From: a bacterium
GTDB taxonomy: Bacteria; Patescibacteriota; Minisyncoccia; Portnoybacterales; GWB1-42-6
Direction of reading: 5' to 3'
Assembly (NCBI GenBank): GCA_043800535.1
Contig: JAZDMV010000008.1
Span: forward strand, 9,251-73,250
Length of the DNA stretch: 64,000 nt
Positions 38,252 to 48,286 of the stretch are shown here, one piece after another. Numbering within the stretch: position 1 is the first letter of the stretch; each line of letters begins with the position of its first letter. Below the pieces are notes generated by a model that saw nothing but the letters and a program-made list of their open reading frames with translations, searched no databases and was not told the origin of the DNA. The position numbers and the translations under genes were made by a program.

Positions 38252-39262
38252 TTACCACAAAAACCCCTCTTTTTCCCAGCCAAGCAATTTATCCATTTCG
38301 CCGAGCTTATCCTGGCTGCCCAAAATGACGCTGACAATCACACCTCGGCCGTTGGGCGGTTTTGTCGCGACCACCATGCAGTTGCCCGCTTCGTCAATGT
38401 AGCCGGTTTTGCCCGCGATTATTTCCGGATATTTGGCAAGGAGTTTGTTGGTGTTAGCCAGATGGTGCGTAAATTTTCCGTCAGACGAGGCAATGTCGGC
38501 TTCTGGCGTCTGCATGATGTAGTTCAAAAGAGGATATTTTATAACTTCGCGCATGATCCTGGCCACATCCTTGGCGGTTGAAACATTTTCTATTGCCAAA
38601 CCGCTTGGGTCAGAAAAACGCGTGGCTAAAAGGCCGATGTCATCAGCTTTTTTATTCATAAATTCCATAAACCTGCCATTGAATTTTTCGGCCAGCGCCA
38701 CAGCCGCGTCGTTGCTCGATTCGCTTAACATTATCCAAAGAAACGATTCAATTGTCAGAGTTTCGCCGGCCACCAGCCCTCCTGTCTCTCCTTCGGTGTC
38801 CACCGCGTTTTTTGTAATAGTAATTTCGTCTTTTAAATTTGCCCTGTCCATCACAACCAGAGCCGTGACGAGCTTTGATAAACTGGCAATAGGCCGGATA
38901 GCTTGCGGCTCTTTTTGCAAAAGAATTTTATTTGAATCCGTGTCCAGCACATAAACCGACTGCGCGGTCAGCTCTGGCTCAGGAACATTCCATCTGCGGA
39001 TCGGAGAAAACGGATCGCTGACAGGCATAAGAAAGGCGTTTTGCGCCACGGGTAGAACCGCGCCAAGATAAATTGATTGTTCGGGGGCATTGCTTGCCGC
39101 CATTTCGTTTCTGGCAGGTGACGCATCATCTTTAAAGAGATTGGTGCCAAACCAAACAGCGCCGACGATAACAAGCACACTGGCCAGTTTTAAGAAGTAA
39201 GAAGCGTCGAGTTGATTTTGAGAGGTAGTTTCGTTTTGCAAAGATGTAAATGTTAAATCCAA
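38252..39262 (-). CDS. D-Ala-D-Ala carboxypeptidase (S11, DacA-like)
   Basis: ASLSK, SSN, KTG motifs; start uncertain. Confidence 0.88.
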   Translation of the reverse strand: MDLTFTSLQNETTSQNQLDASYFLKLASVLVIVGAVWFGTNLFKDDASPARNEMAASNAPEQSIYLGAVLPVAQNAFLMPVSDPFSPIRRWNVPEPELTAQSVYVLDTDSNKILLQKEPQAIRPIASLSKLVTALVVMDRANLKDEITITKNAVDTEGETGGLVAGETLTIESFLWIMLSESSNDAAVALAEKFNGRFMEFMNKKADDIGLLATRFSDPSGLAIENVSTAKDVARIMREVIKYPLLNYIMQTPEADIASSDGKFTHHLANTNKLLAKYPEIIAGKTGYIDEAGNCMVVATKPPNGRGVIVSVILGSQDKLGEMDKLLGWEKEGFLW

Positions 39263-39366
39263 ATTAAATCTCCCCTAACCCCTCCTAAAGGAGGGGAATT
39301 TTATTACTCCCTCCCTTTAGGGAGGGTTGGGGAGGATTTATTTAATAATTTGGACTTTGAGATTTG

Positions 39367-39876
39367 CTATTTCTTCTTCTGGCTGAAGCTTCCTTTTATT
39401 AACGTCGGGTCAAGCTTTGATAAAACTGCTGGCGCGATTTTAAGAGAGTTCTGATAATCCCCCGCGCTGACTATAATTTTTGATGGTTTGATAAGCGCGT
39501 TGTCAATGAATGTCGGCAGTTTGTAGAAAATTCCGAAAGCGGGCGTGGCGCCGACTTTGATGCCTTTGAGCGATTTTTTCATCCACTGTTCTTTGGCAAA
39601 ATCAATTTTTTTGAATGGTGCGAGCTTTGTTTTCTGCCTTTGTTTGTTTACGAGCGCGAGCAATTTTTTCTTGTCAAGATTTTTGCTGGCCGGGATCAAG
39701 GATAGCATATGATATTTGACGTCCAGGCTGACGACCACGCTTTTGGCCACTTCCTGCGGTTTTAATTTAAGCGTAGCTGCTTTATCAAGGGCGGTGTAAA
39801 CAACTCGGTGTTTTACGATTTCGTATTTGACTTTGTTTTTATCTAAAAAGTTAAGAAGGGACTTTGGGATAGGCAT
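39367..39876 (-). CDS. YbaK/EbsC aminoacyl-tRNA deacylase family protein
   Basis: H..VYTA, VAKSVV, GATPAFG. Confidence 0.85.
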   Translation of the reverse strand: MPIPKSLLNFLDKNKVKYEIVKHRVVYTALDKAATLKLKPQEVAKSVVVSLDVKYHMLSLIPASKNLDKKKLLALVNKQRQKTKLAPFKKIDFAKEQWMKKSLKGIKVGATPAFGIFYKLPTFIDNALIKPSKIIVSAGDYQNSLKIAPAVLSKLDPTLIKGSFSQKKK

Positions 39877-40198
39877 GGTGGCATGTCATTCCGTGCTTGC
39901 TTGCCCGTCCGTAGCTTTAGCGAAGGAGGGACACGGAATCCAGCCAGCCTGTTGCGGCAGATGGATCCCGCATCAAGTGCGGGATGACAGGAATATAAAT
40001 TTAAATTTCTCTTCCTGTCAGTTTATCACAACTTCTGAAATTTTCAAATAAATTCCGTTGATCCGCGCTAAAAGGCGGAGCATCCAAAAAAGTATCTTTT
40101 TATACTTTCCATTTAACCTCTGCCTGAAAGTAAAGGATCTCTGGATGTAACGGGATAAAAAAATGGCCTGCTTGATAAGCAGGCCACATGGCAATTTT

Positions 40199-40600
40199 TT
40201 ATCCGGCGCGAAAGTATGGCAGCGCCTGGAAAAGGAACAATTTAATCTCGTCAAGTAATACGGGAAATCCATCGTCAGAGATGAGAACTTTTTGCAGCCG
40301 CAGCGTGGCGATGGGAAGGATGAATAGGCAATTCCAGAATTTGCTGCAGACAAGGGAATAATGGACAGTTTGGACAAAACAGGAAAGGTCTTCGAGTTCC
40401 TGGGCGTATTGCTCTGCAATATCAATTTGTGCCTGGAATTTGGCCCGTGCCTGAATGCCGCTGTGGTCAAGGGGTTCGTGTTCCTGCTTCTTTTGTGTGG
40501 CCGTCGCAAAGATTAAAAGTTCTTCTCGCCGTTTTTCCAGAATATCACACAGCGAGAAGACACTCATCTGCGCTTTCGCTGACATCATTTGGCATAACAT
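40199..40600 (-). CDS. Hypothetical protein
   Basis: SD AAAGGAGG before MLCQ; terminator-like hairpin at about 40160-40190. Confidence 0.55.
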   Translation of the reverse strand: MLCQMMSAKAQMSVFSLCDILEKRREELLIFATATQKKQEHEPLDHSGIQARAKFQAQIDIAEQYAQELEDLSCFVQTVHYSLVCSKFWNCLFILPIATLRLQKVLISDDGFPVLLDEIKLFLFQALPYFRAG

Positions 40601-41699
40601 ATTCGGCCTCCTTTCCTGCGCTTGGCATAACTTCAAAGACAATGTGGTCTTTTTGGCGGCCAGATCTATCACGGCTTTTTTTGTCGGACAATCCAGTGGT
40701 TATTCGAAGCTGAACATCCCCTATTCTTTTTTTTGGCTTTGGCAGGACAAGGTTTGCGAGTTTTCTTTCTTTTGTCGGTTCTCCGTTCCAGCCAAAGAGG
40801 TCAACGTAGTTTTTCCACAAAGGATTATGGTTGCCTTTTGGCAGATATCTGTTGAGCATTTCTATCTTGAGATATTTTGGAAGCTTTCTAAATGAGCGCG
40901 TTCGTCCGATGAAGCCGACCCGATTGAGGTTTTGGAAACTGCGGGAAAAGCTTTTTTTGTAGATATCCAGATACAGGTCAGAAAACCTCATGAGCCCCCT
41001 AAGATGGTTTTGCAGGCGGTCGTTGAGTTCCAGTTCCGCGAAAAAGACATCGTTTAATAAGTTCCGGTCAACTAACGAAACAACGAACCGTGCTCCATTA
41101 AGAGCGGGTTTGTATGACACTGAACTGAAAACGGTCTTGTGTTTTCGCGAATAATAGTTTCTTTCCGTGGGAACGAGAAAAGGATTTTCTGAATATGCGC
41201 CTTTCTTTCTTAACTTTACAGCGATGTCGGTAAAAATTTGGAGCATGTCAAAGATTATTGGAGAGGCCACCATATATTGCTGGTCGGTCATGGAAAACCA
41301 TTCTCTTCTTCTCTCGATCGCACGGTGTTTGATCCCGTTATTCTTTAACGCCGCACCGAAATTATTGACAAGATATTCGGAAATCAGAATAAACCATTCA
41401 CGTCTGTATCTTTTGCGGTTTTCGTTTTTTATCGGCCTTTCTCTCCTGATGGATTTGGGCATAAGGGCCCGATGATAAGGACGGGATTCGCCAAGGCCAA
41501 TCTCACAAAGGACAGCTTCTTCGTATTTTTTTGATTGGAATTCGCCGGGGCCAATGACGGCCAGCACTCCGAGCCCCGGCGTCGGGTTTACGGTAATCCC
41601 AGGATGCGAAATATCAATGACCACTGCCGCAAATTGTTTTACTCGCTCTACGTCTTTTGCGATCAAGATAGGAATTTCAGCCGGGCTTATCCCGTTCAT
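40545..41699 (-). CDS. Hypothetical basic protein (384 aa)
   Basis: Long ORF, SD GAGGTG, promoter TTGTCC-N17-TAGAAT at 41746-41774. Confidence 0.7.
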   Translation of the reverse strand: MNGISPAEIPILIAKDVERVKQFAAVVIDISHPGITVNPTPGLGVLAVIGPGEFQSKKYEEAVLCEIGLGESRPYHRALMPKSIRRERPIKNENRKRYRREWFILISEYLVNNFGAALKNNGIKHRAIERRREWFSMTDQQYMVASPIIFDMLQIFTDIAVKLRKKGAYSENPFLVPTERNYYSRKHKTVFSSVSYKPALNGARFVVSLVDRNLLNDVFFAELELNDRLQNHLRGLMRFSDLYLDIYKKSFSRSFQNLNRVGFIGRTRSFRKLPKYLKIEMLNRYLPKGNHNPLWKNYVDLFGWNGEPTKERKLANLVLPKPKKRIGDVQLRITTGLSDKKSRDRSGRQKDHIVFEVMPSAGKEAEYVMPNDVSESADECLLAV

Positions 41700-41946
41700 T
41701 TTTATCACCTCGCTTTCTTTATTAAGTTTTTAAGTTTCTGATTGAATTCTATCAAGCACTGGCGCGTTGGACAAACAGCGCTTGTGGATAAATCCCTCAC
41801 ATGGGGTGCATATCTTTTTTTGGTGTCTGTCCCATGTGAGGGAGAAAAAGCGGGTTTGCTGGGAATAAATTCCTACACCAGGTTTTTTGGTGTGGGAATA
41901 AAAAACCCTGACGCTTGAGGCGTCAGGGCGGATGACTGAAAAGGTG

Positions 41947-42765
41947 CTAGAACTTATCTAATCCCGAGCAAAATCCGACTTTTTTCCGCTCAATAATTTC
42001 GAGCAGAAGGTATTTTCGCGCGATATTGCGCAAAGGGATTTTGCTTTCTTCGTGCGAGGTGCGTTCGTGGACCGGAATGCCGGCTATATATTTGACAGCC
42101 GGCAGCTGGAGGTAAGGCAAAAGGAGCTTGATTTTGAAATGGTCTGCATCCCTTTGCAACGGCTTGAGGTGTTTAGGGACGAGTTGTCTCCAAAAATCCC
42201 TAAAAGCTTCCTCCTGGTTCAATCCGACATTTCCGCGGTGCGGCCAGTAGCCGCCTAATAGCTCGTCAATGCCATCGTGGGCAATCACTGCGTTGGCGCC
42301 GTTTAAGGCCATTGTGCGATATACCGTGAATACGGCGATATCACCGCCTGTTGGCGTCTGGACTTTAGGAAAAGCGTTTTGAAACGCTTTTTTCCAGTAG
42401 ATTTCTTCGTTGTTTTTGTCATATCCTGTCGGCACTATTTCCACATGGTTGGCTCCAAAAATTTTGGAAATAGTGCGAGCGTACATGATATCTGGATGCT
42501 CTTTATTCCCCCCTATTGTATAGGTGGAAATGACTGCCTTTGGAAAAAGCTGGCGTATGATAGCAAGGCAGAACGAAGAGTCAAGGCCGCCAGACAATGT
42601 CATAAATATCCAGCCGTCCTTATTGCAGGACATACACCATTCGGCACATGTTTTGATGGCCGCTTTAAGGATTTTTTCAAGCTCGGGTTCATTCCAATTT
42701 GGATTCGCCGCCGAAATGACTTCTTGCGTTACAGCTGTTTGCCAATCGTTTAATATGTTCGGCAT
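41947..42765 (-). CDS. Asparagine-synthase-like ATP pyrophosphatase domain protein (no glutaminase domain)
   Basis: LSGGLDSS, DG.DEL.GGY, LPYL, K..LR, R.K.GF; SD AGGAGGTG; promoter 42835-42863. Confidence 0.85.
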   Translation of the reverse strand: MPNILNDWQTAVTQEVISAANPNWNEPELEKILKAAIKTCAEWCMSCNKDGWIFMTLSGGLDSSFCLAIIRQLFPKAVISTYTIGGNKEHPDIMYARTISKIFGANHVEIVPTGYDKNNEEIYWKKAFQNAFPKVQTPTGGDIAVFTVYRTMALNGANAVIAHDGIDELLGGYWPHRGNVGLNQEEAFRDFWRQLVPKHLKPLQRDADHFKIKLLLPYLQLPAVKYIAGIPVHERTSHEESKIPLRNIARKYLLLEIIERKKVGFCSGLDKF

Positions 42766-42877
42766 ATTTACACCTCCTAATTTTGATTTTTTGTTGGTTT
42801 TTAGGTACAAAAATAATCACCGGAGTGATTATTTATATTAGCATAAAGAATGCTCTGTGTCAAGTTGTTAATTCGCA

Positions 42878-43174
42878 TTATTCAAAAACCGCCTCGGTTT
42901 TACCAAAAGTTCTTTTTTTGACAATTTTAAAAGCCCGGTTTTGGTGGTCGTAAAGCTTGCCAGAAAAAGTTCTATCCAGGACATGAGATAATTTGTTACC
43001 AGAAAGCAGATGCTTTATTTGATATCTTTCCCCCTTCATGTTTTTTTGCGAAAACAAAAAACAGTGATGCAGCTCATGCCGCGCGTTTTGTCGCGATTTT
43101 AAATGATGCATGTGGTGGACAAAATAAAGACGCGTCTGCTCTTTTTCGCTTAATAAATTTTTGTGGTTTTTCAT
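42878..43174 (-). CDS. Small His/Lys-rich hypothetical protein
   Basis: ORF co-oriented directly after ychF. Confidence 0.45.
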   Translation of the reverse strand: MKNHKNLLSEKEQTRLYFVHHMHHLKSRQNARHELHHCFLFSQKNMKGERYQIKHLLSGNKLSHVLDRTFSGKLYDHQNRAFKIVKKRTFGKTEAVFE

Positions 43175-43198
43175 GTTTTTTAAATTACCAGAAAATAT

Positions 43199-44272
43199 TT
43201 AAACGCCGACGTGGAAATAAATTACGTCGCCGTCCTGCACAATATATTCTTTTCCTTCAAGGCGCATACGCCCGGATTCTTTCAAATGTGGCCAGCCGCC
43301 GAGCGTCACAAAATCTTGCCAGTTAACCACGTCGGCTTTGATAAAACCTTTAATAAAATCAGTGTGGATGACACCGGCCGCCTGAGGGGCCTTGGCGCCG
43401 CGCCGGACTGTCCAGGCGCGGGTTTCGGGCTCGCCGCTGGTCAGAAAAGTTATTAAGTCCAGCAGTTTATAGCTTTTGGCAATTAGTTTATCCAGGCCGG
43501 TTTCTTCTATGTTGAGCGACTTTAGATATTCTCTGGCTTCGTTCTCTGGCAGGTCAGCTAATTCCGCTTCTAGCTTTGCGCAAATTTCAATTTGCTCGGT
43601 GCCCTCCTCAATTTTTGGCGTCTCGGCCGGTTTGTTTTCATCGCTGTTTATAACATAGAGGACCGGCTTCATGGTCAACAAGTTGAGGTCAGCTACAAGT
43701 TTCTTTTCGTCTTGGTCCAGACCAGCGTCTCTGGCAGGTTTACCCTGTTCTAAAACTGCATAGATCTTTTCGCAGACAGCCAGTTGTTTTGGCGCCAGTT
43801 TGTCCGAGGGGTTTTTGGCGGCGCTCCGCAGGTTTTCCAGCCGCTTCTGCACTGTGGCCAGGTCCGCCAAAGCCAGTTCCAGGCCTATTATTTGGGTATC
43901 GGATACTGGGTCAATTTTGCTTTGAGTATTGATGATTTTGGTATCGGAGAAAGCCCGGACAACCTCAACTATGGCATCCACCTCGCGGATGTGGGAAAGG
44001 AATTTATTGCCAAGACCCTCCCCCTTTGAGGCGCCGGCCACTAGGCCGGCAATGTCCACAAATTCTATTACCGTCGGGATGATCTTTTTTGACCTTGAAA
44101 CCTCGGCGAGTTTAGCCAGGCGGCCGTCAGGGACCTCAACAACGCCCACGTTGGGGTCTATGGTGCAGAAAGGATAATTTGCTACGTTGGCCTGCTTTGA
44201 ACGTGTTAAGGCGTTAAACAGCGTTGACTTTCCGACATTTGGCAGGCCGACGATGCCGACTGATAAAGGCAT
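43199..44272 (-). CDS. ychF: Ribosome-binding ATPase YchF
   Basis: [41 protein letters not shown]. Confidence 0.97.
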   Translation of the reverse strand: MPLSVGIVGLPNVGKSTLFNALTRSKQANVANYPFCTIDPNVGVVEVPDGRLAKLAEVSRSKKIIPTVIEFVDIAGLVAGASKGEGLGNKFLSHIREVDAIVEVVRAFSDTKIINTQSKIDPVSDTQIIGLELALADLATVQKRLENLRSAAKNPSDKLAPKQLAVCEKIYAVLEQGKPARDAGLDQDEKKLVADLNLLTMKPVLYVINSDENKPAETPKIEEGTEQIEICAKLEAELADLPENEAREYLKSLNIEETGLDKLIAKSYKLLDLITFLTSGEPETRAWTVRRGAKAPQAAGVIHTDFIKGFIKADVVNWQDFVTLGGWPHLKESGRMRLEGKEYIVQDGDVIYFHVGV

Positions 44273-44397
44273 AAATTTGCTGCGGTGCGCACTTAAACAA
44301 TTCTCATAAAATCCTATCAGATTTTTGGGTTCGGGGCAAATGAAAAGGCCCTTTACGAGAAAGGGCCTGGCGACCTTTGTGGTCAGGATTGGTGTTT

Positions 44398-44829
44398 TTA
44401 TGCACCGGCAATCGTCTGAACCGGAGCAATCAGTTCTTTTAGCGTTAGCGTTTGAGTTGTCGCGTCTGACACTTTTTTGTTGGCTTTCAAAAGAGCTGAT
44501 TTCAGCTCGGACAGAAAAATGTAGAAACGCGGATTTGTGGGGTTATCAGCGAACTCCCTGATGAATGCAGTGGCAAATTCCTCTCCGGACTCCTGATATA
44601 CCCGGTCGAGCACCGCACCGCAACATTCCTCCACAACTTGTCTGCCAAGAAATCGACTGACTACATAGGTTTCGTCAGTTCGTCTGGGATGGGTCCGGCC
44701 GCAGACTTCGCAGAGTATGGGGCCGTCGGTACCCCAGCTTTCGTTATTCCATTGTGTTCTGAAGCATACCCCAAGCTTGCTTGGGCCGTAAGGTTTTGGG
44801 TGTTTCCGTTTTTTCTTGTTCATTGTCAT
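44398..44829 (-). CDS. Hypothetical protein with CxxC and CC motifs
   Basis: CEVCG..H, ECCG; SD AAGGGGG. Confidence 0.6.
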   Translation of the reverse strand: MTMNKKKRKHPKPYGPSKLGVCFRTQWNNESWGTDGPILCEVCGRTHPRRTDETYVVSRFLGRQVVEECCGAVLDRVYQESGEEFATAFIREFADNPTNPRFYIFLSELKSALLKANKKVSDATTQTLTLKELIAPVQTIAGA

Positions 44830-44939
44830 AACCCCCTTATTTGGATTTTAAGTTACAAATTCTACTAAAGTTAGCAGACGATCGTCCTATAACTTTAGTA
44901 GCTGGCGAAATTGCATCAATTGCTTGATACCTTATCGTA

Positions 44940-45533
44940 TCAGAAGAATTTGAAAGTCACAAGTATCTGGTTTAAGGCGTCGAAGACTTTATTTTTATCA
45001 ACCTCTTTGACCGTGCCTTCAGGATAATTGCCGATGTTGCCGGTGTGGACGGTCAGATTAAGCTCATAGCACCAGTTGTTGCGGACTGTCCGATAGACCT
45101 GTGAGTCGTATAAATTTCCAGCTGCCGCGCCGGTGGTCGTGTCTTTATAGAACGTTACGCCGTTTATCACTTGAGTTTCGGTCAGAGCCACTTTGTCATT
45201 TTCGCTCTTTAAGCAGTCAGGGAAATTATACTGGTTGCTGACTGAAAAAGCGTAATCACCAAGATTGGTGCCTGGAAAATTTGTAGCGTCGGCCTGGATC
45301 TGGACTAATGGATTTTCGAGAAACGAATAGCCGGTCGGCTCCACAAAATAAAATTCGGCAGGATATTGGAATTGAAAATTATCGGTTCCGTTCTTGTAGG
45401 TCTGAAGATTATTTGATGGTTGGTTTTGGATGGGCGGCGCGGCGGGCGTTTTGTGGAAAATAAAATATCCTAATATTCCTGCAAGAATTAAGGTGGTAAT
45501 TATAAAAAATATTGTGGAGGCCTTATAGTTCAT
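44940..45533 (-). CDS. Membrane-anchored PsbP-like surface protein
   Basis: N-terminal TM, TY.N...FQFQYP, GAAAG, QIL.TFKF. Confidence 0.65.
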   Translation of the reverse strand: MNYKASTIFFIITTLILAGILGYFIFHKTPAAPPIQNQPSNNLQTYKNGTDNFQFQYPAEFYFVEPTGYSFLENPLVQIQADATNFPGTNLGDYAFSVSNQYNFPDCLKSENDKVALTETQVINGVTFYKDTTTGAAAGNLYDSQVYRTVRNNWCYELNLTVHTGNIGNYPEGTVKEVDKNKVFDALNQILVTFKFF

Positions 45534-45748
45534 AAATTTAAATACGAATAAGAGGGCGGATTTGTTTTCGGCAGCCCCGAGTGAGGCGACAAATCAAATT
45601 TGGTGGGCTATTCTTAAAATAGTTCGGACGCAATTCGCCCCGCCGTGGCGGGGTATATTCCCTTGTTTGATAATTAGCAGAATAGATAGAGGGTCAACTT
45701 TTTTGTAAAATTAACTATATAGAGGACATAGGGTTTAATAATTTTAAT

Positions 45749-46231
45749 TTATGGAGTGTCCCAACATCCGGGGTGGTCGTAATAGTAGAGTGGGTATTCC
45801 CCTTTAGCCCCGCTACTTATGCAATACCAATTGCCATTATTAAGCGGGACCATCCACGACCAAGTAGTGTCACAACCGATAGTTGTCCCGCCTGTATAGA
45901 TACGATAGCCTGGGTCGTAGTTGACATTATTGTATATCGCTTTACAAATTTGGCGGGCTTTATCGGCATAAGTTCCAGAAAATGCAGTATCACAAGTGGG
46001 ACCGCTGGCAGTAATCCATCCCGCCTGCAAGTTGCAATAATTTCCGTAATCATCGTAGTTGAATTGCATCAAGGTAGCAACTTGATCAAGTTCTGCCTTA
46101 ATACTGGCATCTCTCGCTTTAGTCCTCGCGCTATTTAAACTTACCAAAACAATCGTCGCCAAAACCCCAATAATAGCAATGACCACCAAAAGTTCAATAA
46201 GTGTAAAACCTTTATTATTTCTCAAATACAT
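45749..46231 (-). CDS. Type IV pilin-like protein
   Basis: [16 protein letters not shown] prepilin motif, ARTKARD, Cys-containing head. Confidence 0.92.
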   Translation of the reverse strand: MYLRNNKGFTLIELLVVIAIIGVLATIVLVSLNSARTKARDASIKAELDQVATLMQFNYDDYGNYCNLQAGWITASGPTCDTAFSGTYADKARQICKAIYNNVNYDPGYRIYTGGTTIGCDTTWSWMVPLNNGNWYCISSGAKGEYPLYYYDHPGCWDTP

Positions 46232-46494
46232 TTACATTTTCTTAATACTAATAATACCCTGCTTATTTACGGGCATTTGTTTTATTTTCCCTGATCCATA
46301 GAAAAATTAGATTTAAAATTTATTATGAAAAATTTTCTTTCCCCAAAATTAAAATGCAGTTCGAGCCGATATTTTCCGGTTCTTTGGCAGTTTTTACGAA
46401 AGAACGCGGCGAGCCCCGCGGGCGAGCCGCAAATTAAGGGGGCTTTTCCTCGCCGCCTGTGGCGGCGAAAAATGTTCGAGCTAATTCACGAATG

Positions 46495-46565
46495 TGGACC
46501 TAGGCAGAATCGAACTGCCATCTCCTCATTGCAAATGAGGTGTTCTACCACTAAACTATAGGCCC
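46495..46565 (-). tRNA. tRNA-Ala(TGC)
   Basis: GGGCCTA/TAGGTCC acceptor with G3:U70, CCTCA-TTTGCAA-TGAGG anticodon arm, TTCGATT T loop. Confidence 0.92.
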
Positions 46566-46586
46566 GTATAAATTTAACGGGGCAGG

Positions 46587-46688
46587 CTGAGCTATGGGTC
46601 CACCCAAATTATCAATCTCATTGTCTCGTTTCGCGAGATGTCCCGTAGGGAAACAAATGTGGTGCTCTACCGACTGAGCTATCGGCCC
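46587..46688 (-). pseudogene. Remnant tRNA 5' halves (46654-46688 and 46587-46601)
   Basis: GGGCCGATAGCTCAGTCGGTAGAGCACCACATTTG and GGACCCATAGCTCAG, neither with a 3' half. Confidence 0.7.
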
Positions 46689-46875
46689 TTAATTTGTTCA
46701 TAATCTAACACAAATACGCATTTTTTTCAAATTAAGTGTTGCGGGGATTGTTTTATTGGGGTATAATAAAAAGAATGTTTTTAAAAAATTATTTACTCCC
46801 TTCTTTGAAAAAGGAGGGGTGGGGTGGATTTAAATCTCCCTTACCCCCTCTTTACGAAAGAGGGGAATTTTTCAG

Positions 46876-48015
46876 ATGAAAAAAAATTACGCAAAGCTAG
46901 GGATTGAGGTGCATAAAAAGATGCACGGAAAAATTTCCGTTGTTTCCAAAAAGCCGGTAAAGACGATGGACGACTTAAGCATTCTTTATACGCCCGGCGT
47001 TGGCGCGGCTTCTTCATATCTTGCGGCACACAAAAACGAAATTCGCGCAATGACGATAAAAAACAATACGGTTGCCGTTGTTTCTGACGGTTCGGCGGTT
47101 CTGGGGCTGGGAAATCTTGGGCCGGAGGGCGCAATTCCCGTTATGGAAGGCAAATGCGTTCTATTCAAGGAGTTTGGCGGGGTTGACGCGTTCCCAATTG
47201 TTTTAGATACACAGAACCCCGACGAAATTGTGGAAACAGTCAAAAACATTGCGCCGATCTTTGGCGGAATTAACCTGGAAGATATTTCGGCGCCGCGATG
47301 TTTTGAAATTGAAGAACGGCTTGAAAAGCTTTTGGATATTCCTCTGATGCACGACGACCAACATGGCACGGCAATAGTGGTGCTGGCTGGGTTGATAAAC
47401 GCTTTAAAGGTTACCGGCAAAAAAGTGTCGCAAAGCAAATTTGTGATTGTCGGCGCGGGCGCGGCCGGAAATGCGACAGCTAAACTTTTGCACGGGATCG
47501 GCGCCGAAGACATTATTGTTTGTGACAGTAAAGGAATAATCGACCGGCGCAGAAAGGATCTAGACCCGTATAAAAAAGCACTGGCAAAAATTACGAATAA
47601 AGATAATGTGTATGGCGGCGTGGCAGTGGCGGCTGAAGGCGCGGACGCGATAATCGGCGTTTCAAAACCGGGTTCTATAACGGCCGAGCACATAAAGTTA
47701 ATGGCAAAAAAACCGATTGTTTTCGCCCTGGCCAATCCGATTCCTGAAATTATGCCGGATGTTGCAAAAAAGGCGGGTGCTTTTATCATTGCCACAGGCC
47801 GTTCCGATTTTCCTAATCAAATCAACAATGTTTTGGGGTTTCCTGGAATTTTCCGCGGGGCGCTTGACCACAATGTCAAAAAAATAACGCCTGGAATAAA
47901 ATTAAAAGCGGCAAAAGCATTAGCCGCCTTGGTAAAGAAACCGAGCCGGACAAATATTGTGCCAAACGTCTTTGACAAACGCGTAGCAAAAGCAGTCGCT
48001 AACGCGGTAAGGTAA
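46876..48015 (+). CDS. NAD(P)-dependent malic enzyme
   Basis: YTPGV, VMEGK, INLEDI, HDDQHGT, GAGAAG, NQINN. Confidence 0.95.
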   Translation: MKKNYAKLGIEVHKKMHGKISVVSKKPVKTMDDLSILYTPGVGAASSYLAAHKNEIRAMTIKNNTVAVVSDGSAVLGLGNLGPEGAIPVMEGKCVLFKEFGGVDAFPIVLDTQNPDEIVETVKNIAPIFGGINLEDISAPRCFEIEERLEKLLDIPLMHDDQHGTAIVVLAGLINALKVTGKKVSQSKFVIVGAGAAGNATAKLLHGIGAEDIIVCDSKGIIDRRRKDLDPYKKALAKITNKDNVYGGVAVAAEGADAIIGVSKPGSITAEHIKLMAKKPIVFALANPIPEIMPDVAKKAGAFIIATGRSDFPNQINNVLGFPGIFRGALDHNVKKITPGIKLKAAKALAALVKKPSRTNIVPNVFDKRVAKAVANAVR

Positions 48016-48158
48016 CGGGCTGTAGGCGATCGTGAAATGCTATAGTGCATACACTCCCGTGCTCCCGAGCACGGGAGTGTATGCACGAATAGAAACATAA
48101 AGACCCCGCACAATGCGGGGTCTTTATGGCTTCGCCATTCCGAAGCCTTGGCGAAGGA

Positions 48159-48235
48159 TGGTGGGCGACCCAGGAATCGAACCTGGCACCTCGTCATTAT
48201 CAGTGACGCGCTCTAACCAACTGAGCTAGTCGCCC
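48159..48235 (-). tRNA. tRNA-Ile(GAT)
   Basis: Full cloverleaf, CGTCA-CTGATAA-TGACG, encoded CCA; promoter TTGACA-N17-TAAAAT at 48246-48274. Confidence 0.96.
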
Positions 48236-48286
48236 ATAATTGTGCATTTTAACATTAAAAAATGCTTCTGTCAAAGCAGCTTTTGG

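Noticed and set aside
40018-40509. 163-aa alternative-frame ORF
   Set aside because: Overlaps the SD-supported 40199-40600 gene and runs through its terminator.
46986-47795. Long antisense ORFs (also 414-917, 50795-51571, 54339-54965 and others)
   Set aside because: Shadow frames of well-supported genes on the opposite strand.
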